Source: Candidatus Moanibacter sp. (lineage in GTDB: Bacteria; Verrucomicrobiota; Verrucomicrobiia; Opitutales; UBA2987). Taken from it: a stretch of 64,000 nucleotides of DNA. The position numbers and the translations under genes were made by a program. Positions 60,094 to 64,000 of the stretch are shown here, piece after piece; the first letter of the stretch is position 1, and each line of letters begins with the position of its first letter. The stretch is taken from assembly GCA_965215885.1 (NCBI GenBank), contig CBDCEW010000100.1, positions 96,001-160,000 on the forward strand, written 5' to 3'. The notes under the pieces are model-generated. The model was not told the DNA's origin. It made no database searches and saw only the letters and a list, made by a program, of their open reading frames with translations.

Positions 60094-61161
60094 ATGAAAG
60101 GCGTTGTCTATCTGGGTGAGAGCGAAGTTGAGGTTCGGGATTTTCCTCAGCCAGAACCGGGTTCAGGGCAAGTAGTCGTTGAGATGAAGGTTGCCGGTCT
60201 TTGCGGCAGCGACTTGCACAAATATCACAGCAGCCGCATATGGGCTCAGGAACGAAAAGGGATGATCTCTGGACATGAGCCTACTGGTGTTGTTGCCGAA
60301 GTGGGGCCAGATATTGACTATCCTTCCGTCGGGGATCGGGTCTGCGTTTATCACCGGGTAGGATGTGGGCGTTGCATGGATTGTCGTTCGGGTAATGCCG
60401 CATTTTGTGATGATGTGAGAGGGGCTTTTGGCCGAACGCAGGATGGTTCTCATGCTGACTATATGCTCACGGATGCTCGTTATTGCCTTCCCTTACGCGA
60501 TGAACTTTCTTTTGCCGTGGCCACGCAGCTTTCGTGTACGGCCGGCACATCATTCTCTGCGTTGCGCAAAATCCCGGCGCACTCGGGAGATACGCTTGTG
60601 GTCTTTGGTCTGGGGCCAGTTGGTCTGTCTGGATTGTTGCTGGGGATGGGGATGGGGTATCGCGGGATTGGCGTAGATATTCACCCTTATCGGATTGAAC
60701 TTGCAAAGAAGGTGGGAAAGGGGGTGGTCATCAACGCCTTGGAAAATGACCCTGTTGAGGCGATTAGAGATTTAACCGGGGGCAAAGGTGTTGGGGGTGT
60801 CCTGGAGTGTTCGGGAAGCCCGGTTGCTCGAAGGCAGGCCGCATCCGTTGCCACTCGTGGCGCCACGGTTGTGTATGTCGGCGTTGGGGAATCAGATCTG
60901 GCAGTCGATTTTGGCGATGTTTTTGAGAAAGACCTCACAATTAGGAGTAATGCGGTTTTTTCCATTGCTTCCTATTACGATGCGGTCGAATTCTTGCTCA
61001 AACACCCTGTCCCTCTGGACGACATCGTTACCCAACGTTTCACTATTGACCAAGCAGTTGAAGCCTTCTCGCTCTTTGACACAGGGGAGACAGGTAAGGT
61101 GATTTTTGAGTGGGATGATGAGGGGAGGGCCGAGATGACACCCGATGGTATTATTAAATGA
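60094..61161 (+). CDS. Zn-dependent alcohol dehydrogenase (putative cassette gene)
   Basis: GLCGSDLH, GHEP, CGRC..C...C, GLGPVG; GTTAGGC core at 60048-60054. Confidence 0.9.
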   Translation: MKGVVYLGESEVEVRDFPQPEPGSGQVVVEMKVAGLCGSDLHKYHSSRIWAQERKGMISGHEPTGVVAEVGPDIDYPSVGDRVCVYHRVGCGRCMDCRSGNAAFCDDVRGAFGRTQDGSHADYMLTDARYCLPLRDELSFAVATQLSCTAGTSFSALRKIPAHSGDTLVVFGLGPVGLSGLLLGMGMGYRGIGVDIHPYRIELAKKVGKGVVINALENDPVEAIRDLTGGKGVGGVLECSGSPVARRQAASVATRGATVVYVGVGESDLAVDFGDVFEKDLTIRSNAVFSIASYYDAVEFLLKHPVPLDDIVTQRFTIDQAVEAFSLFDTGETGKVIFEWDDEGRAEMTPDGIIK

Positions 61162-61262
61162 AAGGAAATTGCTTTTTTGCGACTAAGCCGCTGAGGTGGG
61201 GGGTTTAAAGCTCCATACCGACGGCAAAACCGTTCAGACGGAACGCAGCAGAACAAAGCTCT

Positions 61263-61377
61263 GCACCAGACCGCTGCACCAACATTCCTGATTCTCCTCC
61301 GCAAGCAACCTCCGCTTGCTATCGAGGTCAAGAGTTTGCCACGATCCAGCAGAAAGTTGGTGATCGCCAAATTAGCC
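61263..61377 (+). other. Degenerate attC-like element related to 27483-27633
   Basis: ctgcaccaacattcc...ccgcaagcaa...tccagc...aagttggtga.cgcc.aATTAGCC. Confidence 0.55.
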
Positions 61378-61481
61378 AGAAACAAGGAAGCAAAGGTTGG
61401 GATCTAATGCCTGAGTTTCCCGTCGACGCTCCAAAGGCCTGCAAGTTCAGAACCCCCATGCTCTCGGGCCGAACGCTAGCG

Positions 61482-62516
61482 TTAGCCATCGGTTATTGTG
61501 CTATTATTATCGATCGCACGGCAGAATAGAGCCCAGTCGATATTTCCGCCCGATAGAATTAACCCCACTTTCCTTCCCTGCATCTTGTCTTTTTCTTTCA
61601 GGAGGGCAGCGAGGGGACATGAACCCGCACCTTCAGCTATGTTGTGAGTGTCGGTAAAATAGTATCCAATAGCGTCTAGAATTTCCTGCTCATTGAGCGT
61701 CACAATTCGCGAGACCCCTTTTAGAATACATTCGAATGCTTGTTGATTAGGAATACGTACCGCCACTCCATCCGCTAATGTATCAGCAGAGGTAGTTTCT
61801 CTGAGTTGAACATCCTCAAACGAAAGGGCGTAGGCTGGAGCATTTTCTGAAACAACGCCGACAACTTCAGTCTTAAGATTCAAGGCATTTCTGGCGGCGA
61901 TCATACCACATATCCCGGAACCCATACCGATCGGCACATAAACCGTATGCAGATCGGGAACGGTTTTGAGCAACTCAACGCTATAGGTACTAACTCCTTG
62001 AACCAACAGAGGATTAAACGATGGAAACAAATGGTGTCCACGTTCTTCAGCGAGCCTTTGAGCATAGATAAGAGCTTCATTAAAGTCCCGTCCGTGTTCA
62101 ATGAGTTTAGCACCGTAGGCCTGCATGGCTCGGTTTTTCTCGTGACTATTTCCGTGCGGAACCACGACAGTTGCTCGTAGCTTATGCCTGCGTGCGGCAA
62201 GAGCGACGCTTTGGCCATGATTCCCTCGGGTTGCGGCGATGACTCCATGTATATTTTTATTATTCTTAATTAGATTTTCGGTATACCAGACCCCACCTCT
62301 GACCTTAAATGCTCCCGTAGGTAAATGATTCTCATGTTTAACCCACACTTCACATCCGCATCTTTTGTTCAGAAGCGGCCACGAAATCTGAGGAGTTGCA
62401 CTCAGATATTTGTAGATAACCGATGCCGCTGACTCAATGTCAGCTATTGAGAAATCTAGTCCCGGCAAGCCGGGATCGGACTTTATGCCTCTTTCGAGAG
62501 AGTTATCCAGTTTCAT
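61482..62516 (-). CDS. Threonine/serine dehydratase (PLP-dependent); N-terminus supplied by a repeat
   Basis: KHENHLPTGAFKVRGG, ATRGNHGQS, VPIGMGSG, ADGVA, LSGGNID. Confidence 0.9.
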   Translation of the reverse strand: MKLDNSLERGIKSDPGLPGLDFSIADIESAASVIYKYLSATPQISWPLLNKRCGCEVWVKHENHLPTGAFKVRGGVWYTENLIKNNKNIHGVIAATRGNHGQSVALAARRHKLRATVVVPHGNSHEKNRAMQAYGAKLIEHGRDFNEALIYAQRLAEERGHHLFPSFNPLLVQGVSTYSVELLKTVPDLHTVYVPIGMGSGICGMIAARNALNLKTEVVGVVSENAPAYALSFEDVQLRETTSADTLADGVAVRIPNQQAFECILKGVSRIVTLNEQEILDAIGYYFTDTHNIAEGAGSCPLAALLKEKDKMQGRKVGLILSGGNIDWALFCRAIDNNSTITDG

Positions 62517-62801
62517 TCCGACAGGCTGCTAGAGACAAGAAAATGAACCTGAGATTTGCGGGAAAGTGAACGAATTGTTGCAGAGCAGGTTCGCTATGGG
62601 CCATTTTGACACGATCAACCCGCGAGCCACAATCTTTCATCATCAGATTCGTATTCGAGGACGGAATAGATATGTCAATATCTCTCAAATCTCAGTTTCA
62701 TTTTCTTCCAAGGAATCTGTCGGTCTCATCTGAGTCGGAGTGTCGATCTGTCACCGTGAAATCTACACCACGGAGAAGCTAGGAATGCTAAGTCCGACAG
62801 A
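62460..62801 (-). repeat. Composite palindromic element, copy 2
   Basis: Same module order as 42824-43224, with the last two modules collapsed into one; outer IR cut by the IS110 end. Confidence 0.88.
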
Positions 62802-62852
62802 AAACTGAGGTAGTCCGTCAAGGGATTTTTTGAGTTTTTTCTCATGTTGTGT

Positions 62853-64000
62853 TTACAAGGCGTTGGCATTTGCTTGCTGAAGTCTTTTCCACACCGGTGA
62901 ACCGGTGCGTTGGAGCGATTGGAGATACTTTTGCTCATCGTAGCGTTCGCTATTTTGCCAACAGCGAAACAGAATGCGGGTCCACTTGAGAGCGAGGGCA
63001 CGAAGAATGGTTTGGCGGGGTTTGCCCTGTTCTTTTTTGATCTGGTAAAAGGCCTTTGCCCAGGCACAGTTTCGGATCGAATGTTCGGCAAATTCAACGA
63101 AACTTTGCCGCACGAAGGTAGGAGCCGCCCACCGCCAGTTGACCATTCGTTTCGGTTGTCCGGTTCTTTTGTCCTGCCCGCTGTTGATCGTGACCGGAGC
63201 GGATCCATTCCACTGGGTCATGTTCTGGGCCGTTTCGAAGTGCGAACGATCGGTCCCGAACGCGCACAGCAACCGGGGACTCATGACCTCGCCGGCTCCG
63301 GGAATGCCACTGAACACGGCTGCATCGGGATGGCTTCTGAATAGCTCCCTGATACGCTTCTCATACGCTTTGATCTGCGGGCACAGGGTCAAAAGCTGTC
63401 CGGCCAACGTCTGTGCTTTTCTGCTGGATGCTTCAATGATGGCTGCATCTTCGGTCAAGGCTCGTGCGTTACCGATCAATTCGAGACGCTCCTGGATTTT
63501 GGCGTCACTGCGACAGTTGTGCTTATAGAAGAACTTTCGCAAGACACCCTCCGATGCTCTGTGCAGCTTCTTGAGGGTCGGCCAACGCAATATAAAGTGC
63601 AGGCACAGGCCACTGCCTAGATCATCGAACAATTTCAAGACCAAAGGGTTATATTGCTTCAGACAACTGCCCAACTGCTGTTCGAGGCTGGTAGCCTGAT
63701 CGACGAATCCACGGCGGTCCTCGCACAACAGGTTCAGCTCCCGTGTTTGGGCCGTGTCAGGTATGAAACATTTGGTAAAAAGCTCGGGATGTTTGAGGAA
63801 AAACTCCGCGTGTATTTGCGCATCGACCGGGTCGCTCTTGGCCCCTGATGGATACAGCGCCCGGCGATAATCCTTCGCCCTGGCCGCATGCACTGGATAG
63901 ATATCGACAAACTCCAAGCCCATCAGAAAGTTGATCAACCCTCCTCGCTTCTGGTCCACCACCATGGCCATGCGCTTGCCCACGCTGGCATACTTTTCTC
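62853..64000 (-). CDS. IS110 family transposase/recombinase (5' end outside the window)
   Basis: KSDPVDA, IPGAG, GSAPVTINSG, WAKAFY, ILRALALKWTRILF; element end near 62802 with an outward TTGACG (62821-62816). Confidence 0.92.
   Translation of the reverse strand, partial: EKYASVGKRMAMVVDQKRGGLINFLMGLEFVDIYPVHAARAKDYRRALYPSGAKSDPVDAQIHAEFFLKHPELFTKCFIPDTAQTRELNLLCEDRRGFVDQATSLEQQLGSCLKQYNPLVLKLFDDLGSGLCLHFILRWPTLKKLHRASEGVLRKFFYKHNCRSDAKIQERLELIGNARALTEDAAIIEASSRKAQTLAGQLLTLCPQIKAYEKRIRELFRSHPDAAVFSGIPGAGEVMSPRLLCAFGTDRSHFETAQNMTQWNGSAPVTINSGQDKRTGQPKRMVNWRWAAPTFVRQSFVEFAEHSIRNCAWAKAFYQIKKEQGKPRQTILRALALKWTRILFRCWQNSERYDEQKYLQSLQRTGSPVWKRLQQANANAL

Overview
Bacterial chromosomal segment, most likely Verrucomicrobiota/Opitutales (inferred from the IF-1, Lys-rich DksA-like, IleS and GpmI sequences and the repeat families). 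Bases ~0.8-33.2 kb are a large, decaying integron region with cassettes on the minus strand. It holds two tandem platforms: a 3'-truncated intI (18974-19306) with an intact attI (~18746), and a near full-length intI (32290-33222) whose attI side was removed by an ISAs1-like element. About 20 complete, interrupted or half attC sites are visible. Cassettes carry toxin-antitoxin modules and small hypothetical genes, and also large catabolic enzymes (arylsulfatases, Gfo/Idh/MocA oxidoreductases, PhyH dioxygenases, a GH117-like hydrolase). IS66, ISL3, two DUF4338-fused ISAs1 copies, a frameshifting two-ORF IS and an IS110 are present. 42-59 kb is housekeeping (lspA, dksA-like, ileS, gpmI, ffh, sodA, tadA, infA, heme-type ABC genes, dtd, mpg) with many palindromic repeats. 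A third, cryptic integron relic lies at 59.7-61.5 kb. Most notable: (i) catabolic enzymes as true cassettes, (ii) an ORF-less cassette whose attC has a non-canonical AAT/ATT core, with a second related site elsewhere, (iii) a composite palindromic element at the 5' end of two unrelated genes that supplies their in-frame start codons. No rRNA, tRNA or CRISPR array was seen. All calls are by eye, without database searches.
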